Notes: generated by a model not told the origin, from the letters alone. DNA of 64,000 nucleotides from Candidatus Spongiihabitans thiooxidans (GCA_001543005.1 LFLB01000022.1:243956-307955), one strand, 5' to 3'. Positions 10,401-17,733 are shown, counted from the stretch's first letter. Translations and numbers: made by a program.

Positions 10401-12126
10401 TGAACAAGGGCAGTGGTTAAAAGCTTTATTGCCCACTCATGCAGATGTCCAACACATTGAACGCAAGCCAAAATATCGCAAAAACTTATCCTCTACGCAA
10501 ATTTTTAAAGAGGGTTTGTATGGCGAGCGGTTTATGCCGATTTTGTTAGACAATGAAAAACTGTATTATGGTTTTTCTTTGGACAATTGCCATGAAATTG
10601 AACCATTAAAACAACCAAAAAATCACAGCAAAGACTTTGACAAAAAAGTACTGACAGTCAAAGAAAAACAATTAGTAGCACATAATAAATATTTTGATTT
10701 ACTGAAAGAATTTTTATACACAGGTTCGAGCAGAAGGAAAAATAAAAAACCAGTTACTGATAGCATGCAAGATAATCAGGACAAATATTCATACTTATCC
10801 ATTGATACAATAAAGGCACTCAATCATCTGCAAAAGTGCGCCAAAGAGGTTTGCGATACCCGGGCAACAGAACAAGCAAAAAAATTGGAGAAACTTCGTT
10901 ATAGCGTGGAAAAGAAAAACATTAAAAACGTTTTACTGCAAGGACGAGGCAGACGCACTTTTATCAAACAATTAGACGATAAAAAATTTAAAGTATCAAA
11001 GTTAACACTACCTGCAAAAAAAGATTGGGAGCGATTAATAAACCACCCAATAATTGATTATCAAGGCAATAAGGTAACATTAAAAGAATGCTTTGACAAA
11101 CCAGAACAAGTGGAAATTGATAATCCAAAAATGGTTAATTTTTGGCAAGATTTATCGCAAGAAAGCGGTTTTAAAATTGAATATTTAAAAGATAATTTAC
11201 TTAAGAAAAATGACAAAGGAGAATTTTATAAACAATTGGGCATTATTCCAAAAGGTGTTTTTGACCAAAAAATCAAAACAATGAAGTTGTTAAAACCACT
11301 TGCAAATAGTGCATTACTCGAACAATCTTTTGGTGTTGAATTTAAAACAATGACTGATTTAATCCCTCAAGAAAGCTGGGATAAGTTATTTGAAGAATTT
11401 TTCCACACTAACAAAATTAAAAATAACAACTTCCATAAACAAGTCAGAAAAGATTACTCTTTGCCTGAGGTTTCTGCACCGTCTGGAGGGTTTAGAATTC
11501 AGCGCAAGAATTCACTAACAAATGAAACAATTTACCAAGTGAGCGCGATTGCTGACGGCGGATATGCATGTGGTTTCGCCAAGAAAAAAGACGGTAGCAT
11601 TGATATGAGTAAGAATGGAGTTACATTTAATCCTGCCTTAAAAGCGAGCCGTAGGACCGCCTATATTGGCAAGTCTGGAAAACCATATATTCATAAAGAA
11701 TCGGATAGTACTGAGGTGGAGTCATTCGGGAGTTCCCGAGAGGTTGCACTTAGTTCCGAAAGTGTATTGAAATGCCGCCTGACTTTGGCGGAAGCGAGCA
11801 GAATTGATGTTGCGATTACCATTTCTAACGATATATTCAAGAAAATAATAGAATTTTCAAGCGAGGATATTGATGTTTCTCAACCACCACCCGATTTTTC
11901 TATAAAATTTACGAAAAGCAATGGTGGAAGAGAAGAACATGACAAATTTAAAGAATTTTTGAATGCCATGAACATACCAACTCCGCGGGAGGCTGGAAAC
12001 CCACAGAGGTGGGCGTATAAGTTTGAGGTCCAAGCATCGCAAGATACGGTTGTTTTGTCATACAGAACATCCATGACAGCAGAATTAAAAACAGCTTACC
12101 TGAATGGCACGCTAGTAAATGATTAG
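7453..12126 (+). CDS. cas9: Cas9, type II-B (large Francisella/Legionella-like form)
   Basis: 1557 aa. RuvC-I PIAIDMGAKNTGV (D10); Arg-rich bridge helix RTQKRHQVRGNKRRKLAKRL; RuvC-II FVPIFMEQNRF (E717); HNH GEIDHIIPQS...NSEANLIYCS...GNHTKGN (D781-H782); RuvC-III SHVVDA (H953/D956). The N-terminus closely resembles what I recall of F. novicida Cas9 (MNFKILPIAIDLGVKNTGV...). RBS AGGAGA lies 7 nt upstream. It is followed by cas1-cas2-cas4 and an array. Confidence 0.95.
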   Translation: MKIISPIAIDMGAKNTGVYLNHFEQGEDPTTSGNIAGKTIVIDSSKITWSQAGRTQKRHQVRGNKRRKLAKRLIKVILKSHYELDIEEKQLEFLMGLLNRRGYNRIELTPEQEEVLSTKAVTEFFFPRLFTEPSTGVSLLDGLSDRVIIKNKDNQDYWKSVLKDDVFSLSGKQNKEFKDYLALHDKGKDKDEIADLSKAFTAIKQVIGKQIENYDSGHLHRRDYLENIKKDVQNELLKSLLSGDLTAEKLSFLIGNVSNLQLRVLRKYFNDYGMQSGDKWAPDKLHEFFFKWVRSWHCKQDDERTNQRTLLARKGKDILEVFTTSNPELSIPPYEDQNNRRPPKDMTLRLKPKGLDNKLSNWESITRSLVKSYCMPQTEKNIIEPVCIQKNLKDNVRPQKIKGEVQDTEQRQILADTLHRILDRTIKLDPYKLRWLSEGSKTDEAQKAKEVLNRHSENKADAIIDFAKEYYDEVDIAKQGLWSDSEQSLFFRCNTNPPHKNKIQHNLISHILGENLNEQRLSYFVDDCWNEKIGRLTIKGIAKKTEEERKKYGNRFKHLVQRQVWLNKQGDRELDNERKHGVNGKVILEVHEKCLKATDKIAEYFTHNDRKKKIYANVFSMAQLYNILETNIRGFSKTDNWNTIENAWRSRKDDADEQGEYIANAVRLTADSIRPFDGMLDRIISRQAYEIAGMKIQQIGNLKIDTNDTLFVPIFMEQNRFSFEQSLHEIKGLKNVKKKAKERVEKGLKKQKTQWQNKDDRIKKNKYCPYTGGIIGKGEIDHIIPQSESKKRGDVVFNSEANLIYCSGTGNHTKGNVRWTFEQLHPNYLNEVFAGETNIKQTIIDFVNGLDENDPISFHNLEGKEQNYLRHALFISDLDSKTFPILNTRYKTFVNGTQGYLGKKIRKLLQDKYPNVEIKTYQIPAQEVSQLRKVLGSLDKTSKKQDIQSAFSHVVDASLVLATALQNPKIAEELQSTNVTELSEQGQWLKALLPTHADVQHIERKPKYRKNLSSTQIFKEGLYGERFMPILLDNEKLYYGFSLDNCHEIEPLKQPKNHSKDFDKKVLTVKEKQLVAHNKYFDLLKEFLYTGSSRRKNKKPVTDSMQDNQDKYSYLSIDTIKALNHLQKCAKEVCDTRATEQAKKLEKLRYSVEKKNIKNVLLQGRGRRTFIKQLDDKKFKVSKLTLPAKKDWERLINHPIIDYQGNKVTLKECFDKPEQVEIDNPKMVNFWQDLSQESGFKIEYLKDNLLKKNDKGEFYKQLGIIPKGVFDQKIKTMKLLKPLANSALLEQSFGVEFKTMTDLIPQESWDKLFEEFFHTNKIKNNNFHKQVRKDYSLPEVSAPSGGFRIQRKNSLTNETIYQVSAIADGGYACGFAKKKDGSIDMSKNGVTFNPALKASRRTAYIGKSGKPYIHKESDSTEVESFGSSREVALSSESVLKCRLTLAEASRIDVAITISNDIFKKIIEFSSEDIDVSQPPPDFSIKFTKSNGGREEHDKFKEFLNAMNIPTPREAGNPQRWAYKFEVQASQDTVVLSYRTSMTAELKTAYLNGTLVND

Positions 12127-12853
12127 TGCCATCAACCCCAACCGCCAAAAAGCCCTGTTCCTTGCTAAAAAACAACTCCCTGAATTGGTATGCGATGCGG
12201 TGAACTTGGAGGGAGTGAACTTTACCCTGCCAGAGATACAAACCTTGCTGGACGGGATAACAGTGGGCGGGCATAGTTTGCAGGATGAGACGATTGCGCT
12301 TAATCAGGCCAATGCCTGGCGGTTTTTGTTTGATTGTGTTGAGCAAGACAGGTTTGCTCTTTCCAAAGATTTTGTTTGCGAATTGCACGGGATTCTTGCC
12401 CAGAAAGAAGCGCTGACCTGGGGTGTTTTCAGGGACGGCGGCGTAACCATTGCTGGCACCAATCATATCCCGCCGAGAGCGGACAAATTACCGACCTTGT
12501 GGCAACAGTTGACGGGAAAACATCATCCCGCCTTGCTACAATCAGAGATGCGCCAATCTAAGATAGACATCGAAAAAATAGACATCGAACAAATTTATAC
12601 CTGCGCTATTAGTTTATTTTTGCAAATGGCAAGGATGCAGTTTTTTTACGATACTAACAAACGCCTTGGGCGACTGATGATGAACGGCATTTTATTGGTA
12701 AACGGACTGCCCGCCATTAATCTGCCCGCTAAAAAACAGCTTGCATTTAATCAACTGATGCTGGATTTTTACGCCAGCGACGATGAGCAGCCAATGCAGC
12801 TTTTTATGCGTGCTTGTTTAGAGAGAAAAATTCTAGAAATAATGTCGGAATAA
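12119..12853 (+). CDS. Fic/Doc-fold-like protein with a degenerate catalytic motif, embedded in the cas operon
   Basis: 244 aa. Its ATG overlaps the cas9 stop by 8 nt, and its stop lies 5 nt before the cas1 ATG. Fic-like landmarks are NLEGVNFTLPEIQTLLDG and ELHGIL...GVFRDGGVTIAGTNHIPP. At the HxFx(D/E)GNGRxxR position it has QFFYDTNKRLGR (aa 174-185, nt 12638-12673). Confidence 0.75.
   Translation: MISAINPNRQKALFLAKKQLPELVCDAVNLEGVNFTLPEIQTLLDGITVGGHSLQDETIALNQANAWRFLFDCVEQDRFALSKDFVCELHGILAQKEALTWGVFRDGGVTIAGTNHIPPRADKLPTLWQQLTGKHHPALLQSEMRQSKIDIEKIDIEQIYTCAISLFLQMARMQFFYDTNKRLGRLMMNGILLVNGLPAINLPAKKQLAFNQLMLDFYASDDEQPMQLFMRACLERKILEIMSE
12563..12592. repeat. 15-bp x 2 in-frame tandem duplication inside the Fic/Doc-like ORF
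   Basis: atagacatcgaaaaa / atagacatcgaacaa (1 mismatch), encoding KIDIE-KIDIE. Confidence 0.9.
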
Positions 12854-12858
12854 ACTTC

Positions 12859-13845
12859 ATGCACGCCCACATAACGCTTACCGAATACGGCCAATTCATC
12901 GGTATAAAGAGTGAGTGTCTAACGGTAAAAGAGAACGGCACGGTCAAGGAATATCCGCTTAATCGCCTAAAAAGCATTCAGATCGCCAAGCAAGGCATCA
13001 GTTTTTCCTCGGATGTTATTATTGCTTGCGCTAATCGCGGCATTAAATTCTTCTTGTCTGATTTCAAGAATGAAATTATCTCTTGTCTTTCAGGCACACA
13101 GCAACACGCTGTTGTGCGCGTTCGGCAAAAGCAGTTCACATTTGTAAACAGCCCAAGCACGGCCATATTATCAGCCATTGTCATTGAGGGGAAAATCAAG
13201 AACCAACGCGCAACTCTGCTTTATTTTAAAAAATACCATCAAGACAAAGCCGCGATAATAGAAAAAACCGCCGAGCAATTAAAAACAATCTTACGACAGA
13301 TAAAAACCAAAGACTGGCAGAAATATGATCGCTGGCGAGATATTTTATTGGGGTTGGAAGGGCAAGCGGCCGCTCAATATTGGCAGTGTCTGGTTGAGAC
13401 AAATCTGATGCCGGATGATTTTAAGGGCAGGGTGGGCAGGCAAGCGCAGGATATTGGCAACAGGAGCTTAAATTACGGTTACGCCATCCTCACATCTTAT
13501 GTTTGGAATGCCTTGATCAATGCGGGCTTGGAGCCTTACGCCGGGTTTTTTCATGTCCAAAGAGCAGGCAAGCCGTCTTTGGTGCTTGATATGATGGAGG
13601 AATATCGCGCTTGGGCAGTGGATCGAAATATCATCAAGCACAGAGGTGTTTTGCGGGACAAAAACGAACTTACACCAATCATTAAAAAACAAATCATCAC
13701 CGATATTCATAAAACATTTTCCACTAAATATCATTATCACAAACGAAAAATACGATTGGAAAGTATTTTGCAAAGACAAATTTATCACTTGGCAGGCACA
13801 TTCGCGGGTGACAGGAAATACAAAAGCTATTGGTTCAGATGGTGA
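12859..13845 (+). CDS. cas1: Cas1 integrase
   Basis: The track ORF is 12814..13845. I prefer the ATG at 12859 (MHAHITLTEYGQFIG...). Cas1 landmarks: LLGLEGQAAAQYW, NRSLNYGYAIL, GFFHVQRAGKPSLVLDMMEEYR. Confidence 0.9.
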   Translation: MHAHITLTEYGQFIGIKSECLTVKENGTVKEYPLNRLKSIQIAKQGISFSSDVIIACANRGIKFFLSDFKNEIISCLSGTQQHAVVRVRQKQFTFVNSPSTAILSAIVIEGKIKNQRATLLYFKKYHQDKAAIIEKTAEQLKTILRQIKTKDWQKYDRWRDILLGLEGQAAAQYWQCLVETNLMPDDFKGRVGRQAQDIGNRSLNYGYAILTSYVWNALINAGLEPYAGFFHVQRAGKPSLVLDMMEEYRAWAVDRNIIKHRGVLRDKNELTPIIKKQIITDIHKTFSTKYHYHKRKIRLESILQRQIYHLAGTFAGDRKYKSYWFRW

Positions 13846-13849
13846 AGCC

Positions 13850-14158
13850 GTGGCGCAAGTAAAATTATACAATGAGGTTTTAGTAAGTTACGACATAGCC
13901 GATACCGGGCAGCGCACAAAACTGTTTAATAAACTGAAAGACATTAGCCTGACTTCAATACAAAAATCAGTATTTTGGGGGCATTTAAACAGGGCGGAAG
14001 AAACCAGCGTTAAATATTTATTGAAAACTTATTGCGCTAAAACGGATAAAGCCTTCATTGCCCGAGTCAAATTATCCGAACAAATCCAGCAGAACAACAG
14101 CGTGGGTTATGAGAAACAGGATTTCCCCCAATATTCCACAAGCTACCATGTCATATAG
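13850..14158 (+). CDS. cas2: Cas2
   Basis: The frame of track ORF 13646..14158 overlaps cas1 upstream. The Cas2 core LVSYDIADTGQRTKLFNKLKDISLTSIQKSVFWGHL begins just after cas1 ends. The most plausible start is the GTG at 13850, but this is uncertain. Confidence 0.75.
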   Translation: MAQVKLYNEVLVSYDIADTGQRTKLFNKLKDISLTSIQKSVFWGHLNRAEETSVKYLLKTYCAKTDKAFIARVKLSEQIQQNNSVGYEKQDFPQYSTSYHVI

Positions 14159-14726
14159 CTTGCCCATTAGTTTGCTCAGGCAATATTGTTTTTGTCCAAG
14201 AATTCCGTATTTTCAAGAATTGCTAAAACTCAATCCGCCCAAACCAGTGTGGGTCAAACAAGGCGAGGATTTGCACAAAGGCCAGGAAAAGATATTCAAA
14301 CACAGAACCTTAAAACGTTTTAACTTAGTGCAAGCCAAACAAGAATTCAATGTGTTTGTGAGCGCCGAAGAGTTGCAATTACACGGCATGGTGGATAGCC
14401 TGCTGAACAGCAACGAAGAAATCTACCCCATTGAATTCAAATTAAACGGGCACAAACCAGTCAAAGGGCAAATATTGCAACTCACCGCCTACGCTATGGT
14501 CGCGGAATACCAATACAACTTGCCTTGCAGACAGGGATTTATCCTTTTTGAAAATAAAGGCAAGACCCATCCGATAGTGTTCAAACTAAAGAACAAAGAA
14601 CAGGTGGTTATCATTCGGGACCAGATATTGAATGATTTAGAAAAATCCTATCTGCCGGATAGTCCGGCAACCCCAGCGCAATGCACGCAATGCGAATACT
14701 TAAATCATTGTAACGACAGAAGTTGA
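14148..14726 (+). CDS. cas4: Cas4 (RecB-like nuclease with Fe-S cysteines)
   Basis: The internal ATG at 14148 overlaps the cas2 stop. MSYSLPISLLRQYCFCPRIPYF (N-terminal Cys), IEFK (nuclease motif), and C-terminal CTQCEYLNHC. The presence of cas4 defines subtype II-B. Confidence 0.88.
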   Translation: MSYSLPISLLRQYCFCPRIPYFQELLKLNPPKPVWVKQGEDLHKGQEKIFKHRTLKRFNLVQAKQEFNVFVSAEELQLHGMVDSLLNSNEEIYPIEFKLNGHKPVKGQILQLTAYAMVAEYQYNLPCRQGFILFENKGKTHPIVFKLKNKEQVVIIRDQILNDLEKSYLPDSPATPAQCTQCEYLNHCNDRS

Positions 14727-14745
14727 TGTAGAGAAGTTGATGTAG
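14718..14745. repeat. 14-bp x 2 perfect tandem duplication spanning the cas4 stop codon
   Basis: agaagttgatgtag agaagttgatgtag. The cas4 TGA (14724-14726) lies in copy 1. Confidence 0.95.
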
Positions 14746-14765
14746 ATAGTAGCCTTGCTTTATAA

Positions 14766-14806
14766 CTAAAAAATCCCCCCATACTTAAAAAATATGGCGG
14801 GATTTT
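14766..14806. terminator. Bidirectional intrinsic terminator hairpin (cas operon end / tracrRNA end)
   Basis: Stem atccccccata (14773-14783) / tatggcgggat (14793-14803) with 1 mismatch and a 9-nt loop. It is followed by TTTT on the plus strand and by TTTTTT (complement of 14767-14772) on the minus strand. Confidence 0.6.
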
Positions 14807-14896
14807 GGTCAGATTTTACAACATGTCCAAGTTGATTCATCTTTATTTTAGATGATTTCAGTGCATCGCTTACTAGGTTATGATGTATCAGCACAG
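14766..14896 (-). ncRNA. tracrRNA: tracrRNA candidate
   Basis: Minus-strand 14891->14855 reads CUGAUACAUCAUAACCUAGUAAGCGAUGCACUGAAAU. It is collinear with the complement of the crRNA repeat over all 37 nt: 30 Watson-Crick pairs, 3 G-U pairs, and a 4-nt internal mismatch patch. Then come the hairpin CAUCU-AAAAUAA-AGAUG and a terminator with a U6 tail. The segment AUGCACUGAAAUCAUCUAAAAUAAAGAUGAA...GGAC resembles the F. novicida tracrRNA scaffold as I recall it (AAUGCUCUGUAAUCAUUUAAAAGUAUUUUGAACGGAC). The ends are approximate. Confidence 0.7.
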
Positions 14897-14902
14897 TGCG
14901 AA

Positions 14903-14931
14903 CTTATGACACAAATTTTCGCAAAATTCAA
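14903..14931 (-). promoter_or_regulatory. Candidate promoter for the tracrRNA
   Basis: On the minus strand: TTGAAT (14931-14926), a 17-nt spacer, then CATAAG (14908-14903). This places a start a few nt upstream of the anti-repeat. Sequence match only. Confidence 0.3.
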
Positions 14932-15016
14932 CGCTTTCCGGTATTTTTATGATTTTCGCAAAAACACCCAAAAAACACAGCAAGAAAAACAAGCCGAATC
15001 AGCATTCTAAAGCAGG

Positions 15017-17581
15017 CCGACACATCATAACCTAGTAAGCCAGCAACTGAAACCACACTGAGTGACTCACCTGATACGATCTCGCGAGCCGACACATCAT
15101 AACCTAGTAAGCCAGCAACTGAAACATGTTTATGTTAAATTTATGCAGGTCTATATTTTCCCGACACATCATAACCTAGTAAGCCAGCAACTGAAACCTG
15201 ACTAGATGACTGGCACCAACACCAACACCAGCCGACACATCATAACCTAGTAAGCCAGCAACTGAAACCTATCGGGCGTGGCGCATTTGTCCCGCTCCGG
15301 ATATCCGACACATCATAACCTAGTAAGCCAGCAACTGAAACGTCTTGACTCAAGTTGAGGAGCCTCCCACTTGCCCCGACACATCATAACCTAGTAAGCC
15401 AGCAACTGAAACGCCCACTGGCACACTGGCACACTGGCCCACTGGCCCGACACATCATAACCTAGTAAGCCAGCAACTGAAACCAATTTCCGCATTTGTA
15501 TTAATCTCAAGTGCGCGCCGACACATCATAACCTAGTAAGCCAGCAACTGAAACCAAAACTTCATGCGCTGCAAGTCCGAGGTGCGAGCCGACACATCAT
15601 AACCTAGTAAGCCAGCAACTGAAACATAGACAATCCCATAGTCTCAGCTATATAAGTATCCGACACATCATAACCTAGTAAGCCAGCAACTGAAACTCAG
15701 TCCCCGAATTCCTTGCTCGCTTGGCGGCGCCCGACACATCATAACCTAGTAAGCCAGCAACTGAAACCTCACATTAATTCAGCTGGCGCAGCAACATATT
15801 TCCGACACATCATAACCTAGTAAGCCAGCAACTGAAACAGAGTCGCGACACTGAACAGCAGTTGACATTCTCACCCGACACATCATAACCTAGTAAGCCA
15901 GCAACTGAAACAGGTCGGGATGATGGCTTTTGTCCAGCGGGACTTTGCCGACACATCATAACCTAGTAAGCCAGCAACTGAAACTGCAAAAATCGACTTT
16001 GATTAAGAGAGCCTTTTCTCCGACACATCATAACCTAGTAAGCCAGCAACTGAAACATCACAGTGACTTCGGTATGTGGCGCGTTGTATGCCGACACATC
16101 ATAACCTAGTAAGCCAGCAACTGAAACTTCCAATGGAGTGAGGAAAAAGGGCAGGAATAATCCGACACATCATAACCTAGTAAGCCAGCAACTGAAACGC
16201 ATAAACCGCCGCGAAAGATTCACTTTTTAAATCCCGACACATCATAACCTAGTAAGCCAGCAACTGAAACATTATATTCTACGTCGAATTCTGGCGTGTG
16301 AATGTCCGACACATCATAACCTAGTAAGCCAGCAACTGAAACCTCAATCTGAGTTCCATAACGCCAAATTGAAAATACCGACACATCATAACCTAGTAAG
16401 CCAGCAACTGAAACCCAGGGGATCGACGCCTTGCCGGTCGGCGGCGCCCAGCCCATTTTTTGCCGACACATCATAACCTAGTAAGCCAGCAACTGAAACA
16501 CAAGGCTCCATGCAACTCTATGGCCAAGCCTCAACCCGACACATCATAACCTAGTAAGCCAGCAACTGAAACCTGCGGCAAGCATTATACGCGCATACTC
16601 GCTATTGCCGCCGACACATCATAACCTAGTAAGCCAGCAACTGAAACTTATGGGAATCCCCATATACCAGTCTCCCGCTCACCGACACATCATAACCTAG
16701 TAAGCCAGCAACTGAAACAACTCATTGATTTTTATAGATTGTGTCATTTTTTGCCGACACATCATAACCTAGTAAGCCAGCAACTGAAACCAAGCTGGAC
16801 ATTGGTTTCTTCTGGATCAAAATCCGCCGACACATCATAACCTAGTAAGCCAGCAACTGAAACTGCGCGCCGCGGTAAATGCGACGGCGTGTTCTTGTCC
16901 GACACATCATAACCTAGTAAGCCAGCAACTGAAACGTTCGGCGTGTAATGCGAGTCCCACCAAGCATCGTCCGACACATCATAACCTAGTAAGCCAGCAA
17001 CTGAAACCCCATTGCTGCGCGGCGAGGATTAGTTTTTTTCCGCCGACACATCATAACCTAGTAAGCCAGCAACTGAAACCATTTTCATGCTATGCAATTA
17101 GATTTGCTCGACGCCGACACATCATAACCTAGTAAGCCAGCAACTGAAACTTTGGGTGTCTGCTCCCCGCCGCCACAACATAGCCGCCGACACATCATAA
17201 CCTAGTAAGCCAGCAACTGAAACAATCCCGTGGCGAGAATTTGCACAGCGGAATTAAACCGACACATCATAACCTAGTAAGCCAGCAACTGAAACCCGAC
17301 GCGGCAGCAGTAGAGTTACTAAATAATCGCCGACACATCATAACCTAGTAAGCCAGCAACTGAAACTCAAAATAGCCCCGGCGAATTTTCGGCGTCATGC
17401 CCCGACACATCATAACCTAGTAAGCCAGCAACTGAAACCAAGCGTTGAGAAGTTTCAATTCTGCAAGAATGCACCGACACATCATAACCTAGTAAGCCAG
17501 CAACTGAAACTTCGTAACAGCCTCTGTTTTTCATGCCCACATAACCGACACATCATAACCTAGTAAGCCAGCAACTGAAAC
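15017..17581 (-). CRISPR. CRISPR array, 36 repeats of 37 nt and 35 spacers (34-38 nt, one of 48 nt)
   Basis: The plus-strand repeat is ccgacacatcataacctagtaagccagcaactgaaac, identical in every one of the 36 copies I read (first 15017-15053, last 17545-17581). On the minus strand it begins GTTTCAGTTGCTG..., the same 5-prime repeat sequence I recall for the F. novicida II-B crRNA. Together with the tracrRNA strand, this indicates minus-strand transcription, antisense to the cas operon. Confidence 0.97.
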
Positions 17582-17733
17582 AGTTGAGGCGACGCTGGAC
17601 GCGGTCAGTTTCGCAATTTGATTGCGGTTGCGATTCAGCATATAGTCCACCGCAAGTTCGATATGCTCGGGTTTGATTTCGTTGAAGCGCTACAAGCCGC
17701 TAAAATCCAGCAGCGGATTATTATTTTCCATTT

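Noticed and set aside
14906-14963. Possible degenerate terminal repeat or scaRNA-like element left of the array (gacaca at 14908-14913; attttcgcaaaa repeated at 14916 and 14952)
   Set aside because: Only 6-7 nt match the repeat, and the spacing to repeat 1 does not fit the 71-73-nt unit. There is no convincing tracrRNA-pairing segment. I cannot support a scaRNA call from sequence alone.
16220-16977. Track ORFs 16220-16474 and 16762-16977 (minus strand) with the recurring peptide VSVAGLLGYDVS
   Set aside because: They are simply translations of the CRISPR repeats read through spacers. They are not genes.
17439-17473. Partial (10-nt) match of spacer 34 to the gor start region (tgagaagttt)
   Set aside because: Matches of this length are expected many times by chance for 35 spacers against 128 kb of two-strand sequence. 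It also does not cover the PAM-proximal seed.
17582-17660. Repeat-like or structured element right of the array (gtcagtttcgcaatttgattgcggttgcg with the palindrome cgcaat-ttg-attgcg)
   Set aside because: Its resemblance to the repeat start GTTTCAGTTGC is weak and it is on the opposite strand. It may just be a small hairpin in the leader/gor promoter region.
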